A stretch of 64,000 bases of DNA from Bacteroidota bacterium (GCA_038110465.1 JAYNJU010000001.1:215544-279543), one strand, 5' to 3'; shown: positions 42,968 to 53,382, counted from the stretch's first letter. The notes: generated by a model from the letters alone, not told the origin. Program-made: numbers and translations.

Positions 42968-43652
42968 AAAAATATTACTTGTTGAAGATGATCCAAATTT
43001 TGGAAGAATTTTAAAAGACTACTTAACTATTAATAATTATGAGGTATTACTTGCTGTAAATGGAATTGAAGGTTTTGAAAAATTTAATAAATCGGAATTT
43101 GATCTTTGCATCTTAGACATAATGATGCCATTTAAAGATGGTTTAACTCTTGCAAAAGAAATACGAGAAATTAATGAAACAGTTCCTCTTATTTTTTTAA
43201 CAGCAAAGAATTTAAAAGATGATGTGCTTAAAGGATATAGAATTGGAGCTGATGATTATTTGACAAAGCCTTTTGATTCAGAAATTTTATTAGCCAAAAT
43301 TAAAACAATATTAAACAGAAAGCCCTCTGTTAATATTCAAGAAAAAGATGAGTTTGAGTTTAATTTTAGTGAATTTAATTTCAATTCTAAACTTAGAATT
43401 TTAACTCATAAAGAAGGTGACTCTTTTAAACTTTCTCCTAAAGAAAATCAATTACTTAAAATGTTAGTTTCAAATTTTGATGATTTACTTCCTCGTGACA
43501 TCGCTTTAAACAAGATTTGGAGAGATGCAAATTATTTTACTTCAAGAAGTATGGATGTTTATATTGCCAAACTAAGGAAATATCTTGAAAAAGATCCCTC
43601 TTTAAAAATTATTAATGTACACGGAGAAGGGTTTCGTTTAACTAAGGACTAG
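42954..43652 (+). CDS. OmpR-family response regulator (receiver + winged-helix DNA-binding domain)
   Basis: 232 aa with a receiver domain (KILLVEDDP; phospho-acceptor in LCILDIMMP; LTAK) and a Trans_reg_C-type C-terminus. It overlaps the kinase gene by 14 nt. Confidence 0.9.
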   Translation: MKSNKKILLVEDDPNFGRILKDYLTINNYEVLLAVNGIEGFEKFNKSEFDLCILDIMMPFKDGLTLAKEIREINETVPLIFLTAKNLKDDVLKGYRIGADDYLTKPFDSEILLAKIKTILNRKPSVNIQEKDEFEFNFSEFNFNSKLRILTHKEGDSFKLSPKENQLLKMLVSNFDDLLPRDIALNKIWRDANYFTSRSMDVYIAKLRKYLEKDPSLKIINVHGEGFRLTKD

Positions 43653-43653
43653 T

Positions 43654-44553
43654 CTATTTCTTTGATCTTGGATGATATTTCTTCAAAACTTCCTCTAGAT
43701 GAAATTTATCTAAGTGTGTATATATTTCTGTGGTAGTTATATTTTCATGACCAAGAATTAATTGTATTGATCTTAAGTCTGCTCCATTTTTTAACATATG
43801 AGTAGCAAAAGAATGTCTTAACGTATGAGGACTTATTTTTTTTTCTATACCAGAAATTTTACATAAGTCTTTAATAATTTTAAAAATCATGGCTCTTGTT
43901 AATTGTCTTCCATACCTATTTAAAAATAAAATATCTGAATATTTTGGCTCTATTTTATTATTAACCCTCTCTTCCAAATATGTTCTGATTGAATTAGATG
44001 CAACATTACCAATTGGAACAAATCTTTCTTTATCACCTTTACCTTTTACCTTTAATATTTTTTCATCAAAAAATATATTAGAAAGCTTTATATCTATTAA
44101 TTCGCTAACTCTAATTCCAGTTCCATATAGAACTTCTATTATTGCTCTATTTCGCTTGCTAAATGGATGATTATCATCAATAGAATTTATAATTTTAAAT
44201 ATCTCATTTTCAGTCAAAACTTCAGGAAGTTTTTTTTCTAATTTAGGAGTATCTATATCAGAAAGAGGAGATATTTTAATTAGATTTTCAAATACCAAAT
44301 AATTATAATAGCTTTTGAGAGCTGAGATACCTCTTGCCATACTCCTAGTTTTCTTTTTAGATAAATTAGAATACAAATACCTTTTTATGGTCTCTGAGTT
44401 ACACTCTAGTGGTGAAATGTTAATTCTATTAGATTTTAAATAGTTTTTAAAAAGATTTAAATCATATTCATAACTATTTATTGAATTTTGACTCAAACCT
44501 CTTTCAAGTCTTAAAAAGTTTTTAAAATTTTCAATAGAAGATTCCCAATTCAT
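43654..44553 (-). CDS. xerD: Site-specific tyrosine recombinase XerD/XerC type
   Basis: 299 aa with an N-terminal SAM-like domain and catalytic residues in GIRVSEL, HTLRHSFATH and TEIYTH. It sits next to aroQ, as is common in Flavobacteriia. Confidence 0.88.
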   Translation of the reverse strand: MNWESSIENFKNFLRLERGLSQNSINSYEYDLNLFKNYLKSNRINISPLECNSETIKRYLYSNLSKKKTRSMARGISALKSYYNYLVFENLIKISPLSDIDTPKLEKKLPEVLTENEIFKIINSIDDNHPFSKRNRAIIEVLYGTGIRVSELIDIKLSNIFFDEKILKVKGKGDKERFVPIGNVASNSIRTYLEERVNNKIEPKYSDILFLNRYGRQLTRAMIFKIIKDLCKISGIEKKISPHTLRHSFATHMLKNGADLRSIQLILGHENITTTEIYTHLDKFHLEEVLKKYHPRSKK

Positions 44554-44592
44554 TAATTTTTAATAATTCCTATATAGTATTACCTTTAATAT

Positions 44593-45012
44593 ATGAAAAT
44601 AACAATAATTAATGGACCTAATTTAAATCTTCTAGGCACAAGAGAAACTAATATTTATGGTGATCAAAATTTTGAATCTTTTTTTGAATCACTTAAAAAA
44701 AAATACTCAAATGTCTTATTAAAATATTACCAATCAAATATAGAAGGTGAGATTATTGATTTTATTCAAGAATCTAAGGATTCAGATGGAATAATCTTAA
44801 ATGCAGCTGCATATACTCACACATCTGTTGGAATTTCTGATGCTGTTAAGGCTATTGATACTAGAGTTATAGAGGTACACATCTCTAATACTTACTCTAG
44901 AGAACAATTTAGACATAATTCATATCTTTCACCTGTAGTAGATGGAATAATAATTGGATTTGGATTAAATAGTTATAAGCTAGCTATTGAAAGTTTAATT
45001 GATGAATTATAA
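44593..45012 (+). CDS. aroQ: Type II 3-dehydroquinate dehydratase
   Basis: 139 aa with ITIINGPNLNLLGTRE and NAAAYTHTSVGISDA segments. Confidence 0.95.
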   Translation: MKITIINGPNLNLLGTRETNIYGDQNFESFFESLKKKYSNVLLKYYQSNIEGEIIDFIQESKDSDGIILNAAAYTHTSVGISDAVKAIDTRVIEVHISNTYSREQFRHNSYLSPVVDGIIIGFGLNSYKLAIESLIDEL

Positions 45013-46398
45013 ATGTATCACTTCATCGTACGCATCTGCAACAGCCTCCATTAAAGCCTCACTCATAGTTGGATGAGGATGGACAGATTTTAAAATTTCT
45101 TTACCAGTAGTTTCAAGTTTTCTTCCAAGAACAGCCTCAGCTATCATATCAGTCACACCAGCTCCAATCATATGACATCCAAGCCATTCTCCATATTTTT
45201 CATCAAAAATTACTTTTACAAACCCTTCAGAATGACCAGATGCTTGAGCTTTTCCTGAAGCAGTGAAAGGAAACTTACCAACCTTAATTTTATAGCCTTT
45301 TTCAATTGCTTGCTCTTCAGTATATCCAACAGAAGCTACTTCTGGAAAGCAATATGTACATCCTGGTATGTTATTATAATCTATTGGTTCAACATCGTGT
45401 TTTGAAATTTTTTCAACACAAAGAATACCCTCAGCTGAAGCAACGTGAGCAAGAGCTTGTCCTGATGTAACATCACCTATTGCATAGTATCCAGGTATAT
45501 TAGTTTGATAATATTCATCTACAAGAATTTTATCTTTATCAACAGCTATTCCTACTTCCTCTAATCCAATATTTTCAATATTACTTTTAACTCCAACTGC
45601 AGATAAAACAATATCAGCTTCATATTCAGAAATCTGTCCATTTGATTTTACTTGTAGCTTCACATTTTTACCTTTTGTATCAGAGGATATTACCTCGGAG
45701 TTAGTTAGTATCTCTATTCCTGATTTTTTAAAAGTTTTTGCCAGCTGATTTGAAACATCTTTATCTTCTACAGGAAGAACTCTATCCATGAACTCAATTA
45801 TTTTTACTTCAGTTCCCATAGAATTATAAAAATATGCAAATTCTATCCCAATAGCTCCGGACCCTACAATAATCATTTTCTTAGGTTGTTTTTTTAGGGT
45901 CATGGCTTCTCTGTAGCCTATAATTTTTTTTCCATCCTGAGGTATTGATTCAATCACTCTTGAACGACCACCAGTAGCAATTATTATATTATCAGCTTGA
46001 TACTCCTCTATTTTACCTTCATTTTCAACTGAAACAATCTTATTAGGCTTTATTTTTCCATAGCCATTAATAATCTCTATTTTATTCTTTTTCATAAGGA
46101 ATGAAACTCCTTTACTCATACCATCAGCTACATTTCTACTTCTTTGAACTACAGATTCAAAATCTTTATCAAAGTTTGCTACTTTTAAACCAAATGAATC
46201 TGCTTTTTTTAAATACTCAAATACTTGAGCGGATTTAAGTAGAGCTTTAGTAGGTATACAACCCCAATTTAAACAAACTCCTCCAAGACTTTCTTTTTCA
46301 ACAATTGCAGTATTTAATCCTAGTTGAGATGCTCTAATTGCAGTTACATAACCACCGGGACCACTTCCTATTACAATAAGATCAAATTTTTTAGTCAT
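45007..46398 (-). CDS. lpdA: Dihydrolipoyl dehydrogenase
   Basis: 463 aa with FAD motif VIGSGPGGY, redox disulfide GGVCLNWGCIPTK and C-terminal HPHPTMSE. Confidence 0.95.
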   Translation of the reverse strand: MTKKFDLIVIGSGPGGYVTAIRASQLGLNTAIVEKESLGGVCLNWGCIPTKALLKSAQVFEYLKKADSFGLKVANFDKDFESVVQRSRNVADGMSKGVSFLMKKNKIEIINGYGKIKPNKIVSVENEGKIEEYQADNIIIATGGRSRVIESIPQDGKKIIGYREAMTLKKQPKKMIIVGSGAIGIEFAYFYNSMGTEVKIIEFMDRVLPVEDKDVSNQLAKTFKKSGIEILTNSEVISSDTKGKNVKLQVKSNGQISEYEADIVLSAVGVKSNIENIGLEEVGIAVDKDKILVDEYYQTNIPGYYAIGDVTSGQALAHVASAEGILCVEKISKHDVEPIDYNNIPGCTYCFPEVASVGYTEEQAIEKGYKIKVGKFPFTASGKAQASGHSEGFVKVIFDEKYGEWLGCHMIGAGVTDMIAEAVLGRKLETTGKEILKSVHPHPTMSEALMEAVADAYDEVIHL

Positions 46399-46882
46399 TT
46401 TTATTATTTATAAAGTTAATACTAGCTGAGTTAACACAATATCTTTTACCAGTTGAAGTTGGACCATCATCGAATACATGTCCTTGGTGTCCACCACAAT
46501 TAGAACAAAGAATTTCAGTTCTTATCATACCAAGACTAGTATCTTTTTTGTAAACAATTGCTCCTGGTATTGCACTCTCATAACTTGGCCAACCACAATC
46601 TGACATAAATTTATTATCGCTTTTAAAAAGAGCTTGGCCACATCCCTTACAAACATATACACCTTCTTCGAAATGCATATTATATATACCAGTGTGTGGT
46701 CTTTCTGTTCCTTTGTTTCTGAGTATTTCAAACTCTTGTGGAGAAAGTTCTTCTCTCCATTCCTCTTCTGATTTATTCACTTTATAGGTAATTTTTGATT
46801 CAACTTTGTCAATTTTTGTTTGACAGTTAGATAATGTAAAACTAAAAAAAACTAGTCCAAATAAGTAAGATTTATTGTACAT
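46391..46882 (-). CDS. msrB: Peptide-methionine (R)-S-oxide reductase MsrB, lipoprotein form
   Basis: 163 aa with lipobox LSNC, two CxxC zinc pairs (CKGCGQ, CSNCGG) and a catalytic RYCVNS motif. Confidence 0.9.
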   Translation of the reverse strand: MYNKSYLFGLVFFSFTLSNCQTKIDKVESKITYKVNKSEEEWREELSPQEFEILRNKGTERPHTGIYNMHFEEGVYVCKGCGQALFKSDNKFMSDCGWPSYESAIPGAIVYKKDTSLGMIRTEILCSNCGGHQGHVFDDGPTSTGKRYCVNSASINFINNKND

Positions 46883-46894
46883 CTATTTTTTTGA

Positions 46895-46902
46895 CAAATA
46901 TA
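46895..46902 (-). promoter_or_regulatory. Candidate -7 promoter box (TATATTTG on the minus strand) for msrB-lpdA
   Basis: Plus-strand CAAATATA, 12 nt upstream of the msrB ATG (46882). Confidence 0.35.
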
Positions 46903-46947
46903 GATATCTTTTGATTTATTTGATTAATTTGTTGATCATTAAAATTT

Positions 46948-48276
46948 ATGTTTAATAAAAAAAAAGATCTTCCAAAGGGTAGCAAAAAATTAATAAGGGC
47001 CTGGACAATTTATGATTGGGCTAACTCAGTATACTCATTAGTGATTTCATCGGCAATTTTCCCTATATATTACTCAACATATATATTTTTTGATACCCAA
47101 AGTATAACAATCTTTAACTATGATATTAATAAAGATACTCTTATAAGTCTTTTATCTGGATCATGTTTTATACTCATTGCATTTATATCTCCAATACTTA
47201 GTGGTATAGCTGATTATATTGGTAACAAAAAAGTTTTTATGAAGTTTTTTGTTTATATGGGTTCTATTTCATGTATGGGTCTTTATTTCTTTGAACTTGA
47301 GATAATAGAGATAGGTTTAGTTCTTTATTTTTTGGCTTTACTTGGTTTTTGGGGTAGTCTTGTTTATTATAATTCTTATTTAACTGATATTACTTTTCCA
47401 AACCAAACAAACATTGTAAGTGCAAAAGGATATACAATGGGATACATAGGAAGTGTTATTTTACTTTTAGTAAATCTTATAATGATATATTTCTATGAAT
47501 CATTTGGATTTAATTCTGATAAAGAAGCAATGAAAGCTTCATTCGCATTAGTTGGAATTTGGTGGTTAGTCTTTAGCCAATACTCGTTTTATTATTTACC
47601 TAAGGGTAATAAAAATGAGCAAATACAAAGAAATATAATTTGGAATGGATATAGAGAACTTTTAGGAGTTTATAAAATTATAAGATCCAGCAAAAGATTT
47701 ACAAGATATCTTTTAGCTTTTTTTATATTCTCGTTTTCTCTTCAAACTGTTCTGTATATAGCTTCTTATTTTGGTGTTTCAGAAATTAATTGGGCTAGTA
47801 CCACTGAACAGACTACTGGACTAATAATAAGTATACTTTTAATTCAAATTGTTGCAATCGGAGGAGCATATGGTTTCACAAAGTTTGCTCAAAAATTTGG
47901 AAACATTTTAGTTCTTACTATAGCAATTTTCTTATGGGGTTGTTTATGTTTTTATGCATATTTTATTAAGGAACCTATTCAATTTTACTTAATTGCAGGA
48001 TTAGTTGGATTATTAATGGGGGGAACTCAGCCAGTTGCAAGAGCAACATTTTCATTATTTATTCCTGAAACCAATGATACTACATCATTTTTTAGTTTTT
48101 ATGATGTAACTGAGAAAATAGGAATTTTCTTTGGACTAATATTTTATGCTTTTGCAGCTCAGATTACAGGATCTGTAAGATTTTCAGTAATAATTTTTAT
48201 GTTTTTCTTTCTTTTAGGTGCAATACTTCTTTTAAGAGTCCCAAAAATTGATAAAAAAAATTGGCATAGGTTTTGA
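46948..48276 (+). CDS. MFS transporter, UMF1/Atg22-like family
   Basis: 442 aa with about 12 TM helices and an N-terminal WTIYDWANSVYSLVISSAIFPIYY typical of UMF1. Confidence 0.8.
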   Translation: MFNKKKDLPKGSKKLIRAWTIYDWANSVYSLVISSAIFPIYYSTYIFFDTQSITIFNYDINKDTLISLLSGSCFILIAFISPILSGIADYIGNKKVFMKFFVYMGSISCMGLYFFELEIIEIGLVLYFLALLGFWGSLVYYNSYLTDITFPNQTNIVSAKGYTMGYIGSVILLLVNLIMIYFYESFGFNSDKEAMKASFALVGIWWLVFSQYSFYYLPKGNKNEQIQRNIIWNGYRELLGVYKIIRSSKRFTRYLLAFFIFSFSLQTVLYIASYFGVSEINWASTTEQTTGLIISILLIQIVAIGGAYGFTKFAQKFGNILVLTIAIFLWGCLCFYAYFIKEPIQFYLIAGLVGLLMGGTQPVARATFSLFIPETNDTTSFFSFYDVTEKIGIFFGLIFYAFAAQITGSVRFSVIIFMFFFLLGAILLLRVPKIDKKNWHRF

Positions 48277-48361
48277 CCTTATATAGTTGTTGTTTAGTAG
48301 AAAAGCCAACAGCTATTGAATAATCTGGCTTTGCTGACAAAATGACAATATTTAAATTTAA

Positions 48362-50812
48362 ATGAGCTTGGTTTTTAACAATATAGACAACTTGTCATTT
48401 GATGATTTAGGTGAAGAATCTGAATTTATACCCCTAATGACTAATGAAGATGAGGAGGCACTTGAAAAAGAAGACTTACCTGATGTGCTTTCAATACTTC
48501 CATTGACTAATACAGTATTATTTCCTGGTGTGGTTATACCAATTAATGCTGGAAGAGATAAATCAATCAAATTAATCAACGATGCAAACAGATCCAGTAA
48601 GCTAATTGGAGTAGTTGCTCAAAAAAATATTAAGGAAGAAAATCCTTCTGTAGAGAATATTCACTTAGTTGGAACAGTTGCAAAAATATTAAGAGTATTA
48701 AAAATGCCAGATGGTAATACAACTGTTATAATTCAAGGTAAAAAAAGATTTCAAATAAAAACTGTAGTAAAATCTAGTCCATATATCCAAGCTACTATTC
48801 AACCAATCTTTGATGATAAAAGAAAGAAAACAGATAGCAAGTTTAATGCAACTATTGACGCAATAAAAGATTTAGCTCTTAAAATTATCAAAGAGAATCC
48901 AAATATTCCATCTGAAGCGTCTTTTGCAATTAAAAATATTCATAGTTCAGCATTTCTCTTAAATTTTGTAGCATCAAATATGAATATAACTATTCAAGAA
49001 AAGCAAAATCTACTATCTAATACAAATATTCAAGACAGAGCTCTGAAATGTTTAAAATATTTAAATATAGAATATGAAAAGCTTGCTCTTAAAAATGATA
49101 TCCAATCAAAGGTTAGGAATGATTTAGATCAACAACAAAGAGAATTCTATCTTCAGCAACAAATGAAAACAATTCAAGAAGAGCTTGGAGAAAACTCATA
49201 TCAAGAGGATATTCAAGAACTAATTGATAAGGCAAAGGATAAGAAATGGAATATTGATGTAAGTAAACATTTTGAAAAAGAGCTATCAAAGTTAAAAAGA
49301 ATGAACTCTCAAGTAGCTGAGTATTCAGTTCAAAGAAATTATCTTGATTTATTTGTTGACCTTCCATGGGATAAATATTCCGAAGATAATTTTGATTTAA
49401 ATCGAGCACAAAAAATATTGGATTCTGATCATTTTGGTCTTGATGATGTTAAAAAAAGAATTATTGAGTATTTAGCTGTTCTTAAACTTAGAAATGATAT
49501 GAAATCTCCTATTCTTTGTTTATATGGTCCTCCAGGTGTGGGTAAAACTTCTCTTGGTAAATCTATAGCTAAGTCAATAAATAGAGAATATGTTAGAGTT
49601 TCTTTAGGAGGATTAAGAGATGAAGCAGAAATAAGAGGTCACAGAAAGACTTATATAGGTGCTATGCCTGGAAGAATAATTCAGAATATTAGGAAATCTG
49701 GTACTTCAAATCCTGTATTTGTTTTAGATGAAATTGATAAAATTTCAACTGGTTCTCAAGGAGATCCTTCGTCTGCACTTCTTGAATTACTTGACCCAGA
49801 GCAAAACAATTCTTTTTATGATAATTTTTTAGAGTTAGGTTATGATCTGTCAAAAGTTATGTTTATAGCTACTGCAAATAATTTATCTAATATGCATCCA
49901 GCATTACTAGATAGAATGGAATTAATTAACGTTTCAGGTTATACCTCTGAAGAAAAAGTTTCAATTGCAAAAAAATTCTTAATTAAGAAGCAACTTGAAG
50001 AGCATGGAATGAAATTAAAAGATTTCAATCTTTCAAATCAAATTATAAAAGATATAATTAGTGGATATACCAGGGAATCGGGTGTCAGAAATTTAGAGAA
50101 ACAAATAGCAAAGCTTATCAGGAATAGAGCAAAGAATATTGTTTCAAATTCAAAGCTTGAAAATATAAACGATAAAAATTATTTAGAAAATGTTATCGGT
50201 CCTATGAAATTTTTTAGAGATAAATATGAGAATAATGATGTTGCAGGTGTTGTAACTGGTCTTGCATGGACTTCTGTCGGAGGTGAAATCTTATTTATTG
50301 AATCTTCAATTTCAGATGGAAAAGGAAATTTAACAATTACTGGTAATTTAGGCAAGATTATGAAAGAGTCTGCTGTAATTGCTTTAGAATATATTAAATC
50401 AAATTATAAGATTCTAGGAATTAGTAAACCTATAGATTATTCTAAATATAATATTCACATTCATGTTCCTGAAGGTGCTACTCCTAAAGATGGACCTAGT
50501 GCGGGTATTACAATTTTAACTTCACTAGTTTCTTTATTCACCCAAACAAGAGTTAAGAAGAATCTTGCTATGACTGGAGAAATTACCTTAAGGGGTAAAG
50601 TTCTCCCAGTAGGAGGTATAAAAGAAAAAATATTAGCTGCTAAGAGAGCTAATATCAAAGAAATAATCTTGAGTTCTTTTAATAAAAAAGATATTAACGA
50701 GATAAATCCAAAGTATCTTAGAGGAATAAAATTCATATTTGTAGAAAATATGAAAGATGTCATTTTAAGTTCTTTAACAAAGAGAAAAGTAGATAATCCT
50801 AAAACAATTTAA
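48362..50812 (+). CDS. lon: ATP-dependent endopeptidase La (Lon protease)
   Basis: 816 aa with a LON N-domain, Walker A GPPGVGKTS and the protease catalytic motif PKDGPSAG. Confidence 0.97.
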   Translation: MSLVFNNIDNLSFDDLGEESEFIPLMTNEDEEALEKEDLPDVLSILPLTNTVLFPGVVIPINAGRDKSIKLINDANRSSKLIGVVAQKNIKEENPSVENIHLVGTVAKILRVLKMPDGNTTVIIQGKKRFQIKTVVKSSPYIQATIQPIFDDKRKKTDSKFNATIDAIKDLALKIIKENPNIPSEASFAIKNIHSSAFLLNFVASNMNITIQEKQNLLSNTNIQDRALKCLKYLNIEYEKLALKNDIQSKVRNDLDQQQREFYLQQQMKTIQEELGENSYQEDIQELIDKAKDKKWNIDVSKHFEKELSKLKRMNSQVAEYSVQRNYLDLFVDLPWDKYSEDNFDLNRAQKILDSDHFGLDDVKKRIIEYLAVLKLRNDMKSPILCLYGPPGVGKTSLGKSIAKSINREYVRVSLGGLRDEAEIRGHRKTYIGAMPGRIIQNIRKSGTSNPVFVLDEIDKISTGSQGDPSSALLELLDPEQNNSFYDNFLELGYDLSKVMFIATANNLSNMHPALLDRMELINVSGYTSEEKVSIAKKFLIKKQLEEHGMKLKDFNLSNQIIKDIISGYTRESGVRNLEKQIAKLIRNRAKNIVSNSKLENINDKNYLENVIGPMKFFRDKYENNDVAGVVTGLAWTSVGGEILFIESSISDGKGNLTITGNLGKIMKESAVIALEYIKSNYKILGISKPIDYSKYNIHIHVPEGATPKDGPSAGITILTSLVSLFTQTRVKKNLAMTGEITLRGKVLPVGGIKEKILAAKRANIKEIILSSFNKKDINEINPKYLRGIKFIFVENMKDVILSSLTKRKVDNPKTI

Positions 50813-50813
50813 C

Positions 50814-51467
50814 TTGAACAACACTATTATTGCTATAGATGGAGAAGCTTCAACTGGTAAAAGTACTCAGGCAAAAAAGATTGCTAAATATTTAGGATTC
50901 ATTTATAAAGATTCTGGGGCTTACTATAGAGCAATTACTTATTATTTATTAAAAAATAAAGTGAATCCTGATTTTTTGTTAAATAAAGAGATGTTTGATA
51001 AAATTAAAATTGAACAAAATTTTGAAAATAATATAAATAAGATTTTTCTAAATGGTGAAAATATTACTGATAAAATTCGAGGCTATAAAGTATCAGTAAA
51101 TGTAAGTAATTATGCAAAAAAACCTGAAATAAGAGATTTTGTTTATAAACAGCTCAGACAAATAGGTGAAAAAGAATCTATAGTAATTGATGGAAGGGAT
51201 ATTGGAACTGTTGTTTTTCCTGATGCAAAATATAAATTTTTTTTAAAGGCAAATTCTTCAATACGCGCTGAAAGAAGATTAAAAGAAATCAATGATGTTT
51301 CTGTTGAGCTTGAATCAATAAAAGAAGAAATAATTAAAAGAGATAATATTGACTCAACTAGAAAAATCGCACCATTAATAAAAGCAGATGATGCTGTTGA
51401 AATTGATGTTAGTTACTTAACTATTGAAGAAGTTTTCAACAAGTTAATAGAAATTATTAAAAATTAG
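50814..51467 (+). CDS. cmk: Cytidylate kinase
   Basis: 217 aa with P-loop IAIDGEASTGKST and an apparent TTG start 1 nt after the lon stop. Confidence 0.9.
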   Translation: MNNTIIAIDGEASTGKSTQAKKIAKYLGFIYKDSGAYYRAITYYLLKNKVNPDFLLNKEMFDKIKIEQNFENNINKIFLNGENITDKIRGYKVSVNVSNYAKKPEIRDFVYKQLRQIGEKESIVIDGRDIGTVVFPDAKYKFFLKANSSIRAERRLKEINDVSVELESIKEEIIKRDNIDSTRKIAPLIKADDAVEIDVSYLTIEEVFNKLIEIIKN

Positions 51468-51513
51468 CCTAGTAAAAATTTTGAGTAATTTTTGTCAATA
51501 AATTAATTAATTA

Positions 51514-51521
51514 TATTTTTG
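51514..51521 (+). promoter_or_regulatory. Candidate -7 promoter box (TATTTTTG) immediately upstream of rpsA
   Basis: Exact TAnnTTTG match only 6 nt before the ATG at 51528. If it is functional, this implies a very short or absent leader. Confidence 0.25.
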
Positions 51522-51527
51522 CGCACT

Positions 51528-53300
51528 ATGAGTGAAGAAAATACTGAAAAAACTAATCTAGAGGAAGTTACAAAGACTAAATCTGTAAAAAAAGTAACCA
51601 AGAAAAAGGCTGATCCTCAGAGTGAATTTTTAACTAATTTTAATTGGCATCAATATCAGGAGGGTATTGATGAGTTAGATGAAAAACAAATTAAAGATTT
51701 TGAAAAACTTGTTGAAAAAAATTTCGTCGATACATCTGATGATAATATAATACAAGGAGAAGTTATTCATCTTACTGAAAAAGATGTAATAATTGATATT
51801 AATGCTAAATCAGAAGGTGTTATATCAAAAAATGAATTCAGATATAATCCAGATTTAAAAATAGGAGATAAAGTTGAGGTAATTGTTGATACTAGGGAAG
51901 ATAAGTCAGGTCAACTTGTTTTATCGCACAGAAAAGCTAGGGTTATCAAAGCATGGGATAAAGTAAATTCTGCTCACGATTCAGGTGAAGTTGTTCAAGG
52001 TTTTGTAAAATGTAGAACAAAAGGTGGAATGATTGTTGACGTATTTGGAATTGAAGCTTTTCTTCCAGGTTCTCAAATAGATGTAAAACCTATTAGAGAT
52101 TATGATCAATACACTAACAAGAATATGGACTTCAAAGTTGTTAAAATTAATCATGAATTCAAAAATGTTGTTGTATCTCATAAAGCTTTAATCGAAGCTG
52201 ATATTGAGGAACAGAAAAAAGATATTATTGGTCAACTTGAAAAAGGACAAGTGCTTGAAGGAATAGTTAAAAACATGACTTCTTATGGAGTATTTATTGA
52301 TTTAGGTGGAGTAGATGGACTTATTCATATAACTGACCTTTCTTGGAGTAGAATTAATCATCCAAGTGAAATTCTTGAGTTAGATCAAACAATTAAAGTT
52401 GTTATTCTTGATTTTGATGATGATAAATCAAAGATTCAGTTAGGTATTAAGCAACTAAGCGATCACCCATGGGACAAGTTAGGCGAAGATGTTAAAGAAG
52501 GTTCTAAAGTTAAAGGTAAAGTTGTTGTAATTGCAGATTATGGAGCATTTATTGAAATTGATGAAGGTATTGAAGGTCTTGTCCATGTTTCTGAAATGTC
52601 ATGGTCTACTCATCTAAGAAGTGCCCAAGATTTTGTTAATGTTGGTGATGAAATTGAAGCAATAGTTCTAAGTTTAGATAAAGAATCAAGAAAGATGTCT
52701 CTTGGAATTAAACAACTTACTCAAGATCCATGGACAGATATAACCAAAAAATTTCCTATTGGCTCAAAACATAAAGGGTCAGTTAGGAACTTTACTAATT
52801 TTGGTGTATTTATAGAACTTGAGGAAGGTATTGATGGTTTAATCTATATATCTGATTTATCTTGGACTAAAAAAATAAAACATCCATCTGAATTTTTATC
52901 ACTTGAAGATAAAATTGAGGTAGTTATTTTAGACCTTGATGTTGATGGAAGAAAGTTAAGCCTAGGACATAAACAAACAAAGCCTAATCCTTGGGATTTA
53001 TATGAAAAAGATTTTGCTCTAGATACTATTCATGAATCAGAAGTTTCTGAAATTGTAGAAAAAGGAGCTGTAGTTAATTTTAACGATGATATCTCTGCAT
53101 TTTGTCCAACAAGGCATTTAGAGAAAGAAGATGGGTCTAAATTAGATAAATCTGAAAAAGCTAAATTTAAAGTGATTGAATTTAGTAAAGAGTTTAAAAG
53201 AGTTGTTGTTTCTCATTTATTAACCCATAAAGATTCAGCAACGAATGATAATACTAAAAAAAAGCCTAAAGACGACCCTAATGAAGATCAAAATGATTAA
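51528..53300 (+). CDS. rpsA: 30S ribosomal protein S1
   Basis: Six tandem S1 OB-fold repeats (GxVxxxxxxGxxVDxG-type segments). The ATG at 51528 (MSEENTEK) is preferred over the TTG at 51519. Confidence 0.95.
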   Translation: MSEENTEKTNLEEVTKTKSVKKVTKKKADPQSEFLTNFNWHQYQEGIDELDEKQIKDFEKLVEKNFVDTSDDNIIQGEVIHLTEKDVIIDINAKSEGVISKNEFRYNPDLKIGDKVEVIVDTREDKSGQLVLSHRKARVIKAWDKVNSAHDSGEVVQGFVKCRTKGGMIVDVFGIEAFLPGSQIDVKPIRDYDQYTNKNMDFKVVKINHEFKNVVVSHKALIEADIEEQKKDIIGQLEKGQVLEGIVKNMTSYGVFIDLGGVDGLIHITDLSWSRINHPSEILELDQTIKVVILDFDDDKSKIQLGIKQLSDHPWDKLGEDVKEGSKVKGKVVVIADYGAFIEIDEGIEGLVHVSEMSWSTHLRSAQDFVNVGDEIEAIVLSLDKESRKMSLGIKQLTQDPWTDITKKFPIGSKHKGSVRNFTNFGVFIELEEGIDGLIYISDLSWTKKIKHPSEFLSLEDKIEVVILDLDVDGRKLSLGHKQTKPNPWDLYEKDFALDTIHESEVSEIVEKGAVVNFNDDISAFCPTRHLEKEDGSKLDKSEKAKFKVIEFSKEFKRVVVSHLLTHKDSATNDNTKKKPKDDPNEDQND

Positions 53301-53307
53301 AAAAATT

Positions 53308-53335
53308 AAATCCTCATTTTTGAGGATTTTTTTTT
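53308..53335 (+). terminator. Rho-independent terminator after rpsA
   Basis: 9-bp perfect stem AAATCCTCA / TGAGGATTT with a TTTT loop, followed by a T tract. It starts 8 nt after the rpsA stop. Confidence 0.75.
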
Positions 53336-53382
53336 ATAACAATTTAAATGTAGAATTTTTATTTTTATATAAATAGTTTGAA

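Noticed and set aside
43654-44553. Tyrosine recombinase as a possible integrase marking a mobile element or genomic island boundary
   Set aside because: Its size, N-terminal SAM-like domain and catalytic motifs fit chromosomal XerD/XerC. The neighbours (two-component system, aroQ, lpdA) are housekeeping genes. No tRNA, direct repeats or phage or IS genes lie nearby, and composition is uniform.
48342-48365. 7-codon upstream ORF (MTIFKFK) whose TGA overlaps the lon ATG
   Set aside because: Short ATG...stop strings are expected by chance in AT-rich leaders. There is no conservation evidence and no functional hallmark such as rare or regulatory codons.
53308-53382. Hairpin upstream of pyrR as a PyrR-dependent attenuator
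   Set aside because: The stem-loop (AAAUCCUCA-UUUU-UGAGGAUUU plus a U tract) starts 8 nt after the rpsA stop and lacks the PyrR-binding loop consensus (UCCAGAGAGG-like). It is more simply the rpsA terminator. No alternative anti-terminator pairing was evident.
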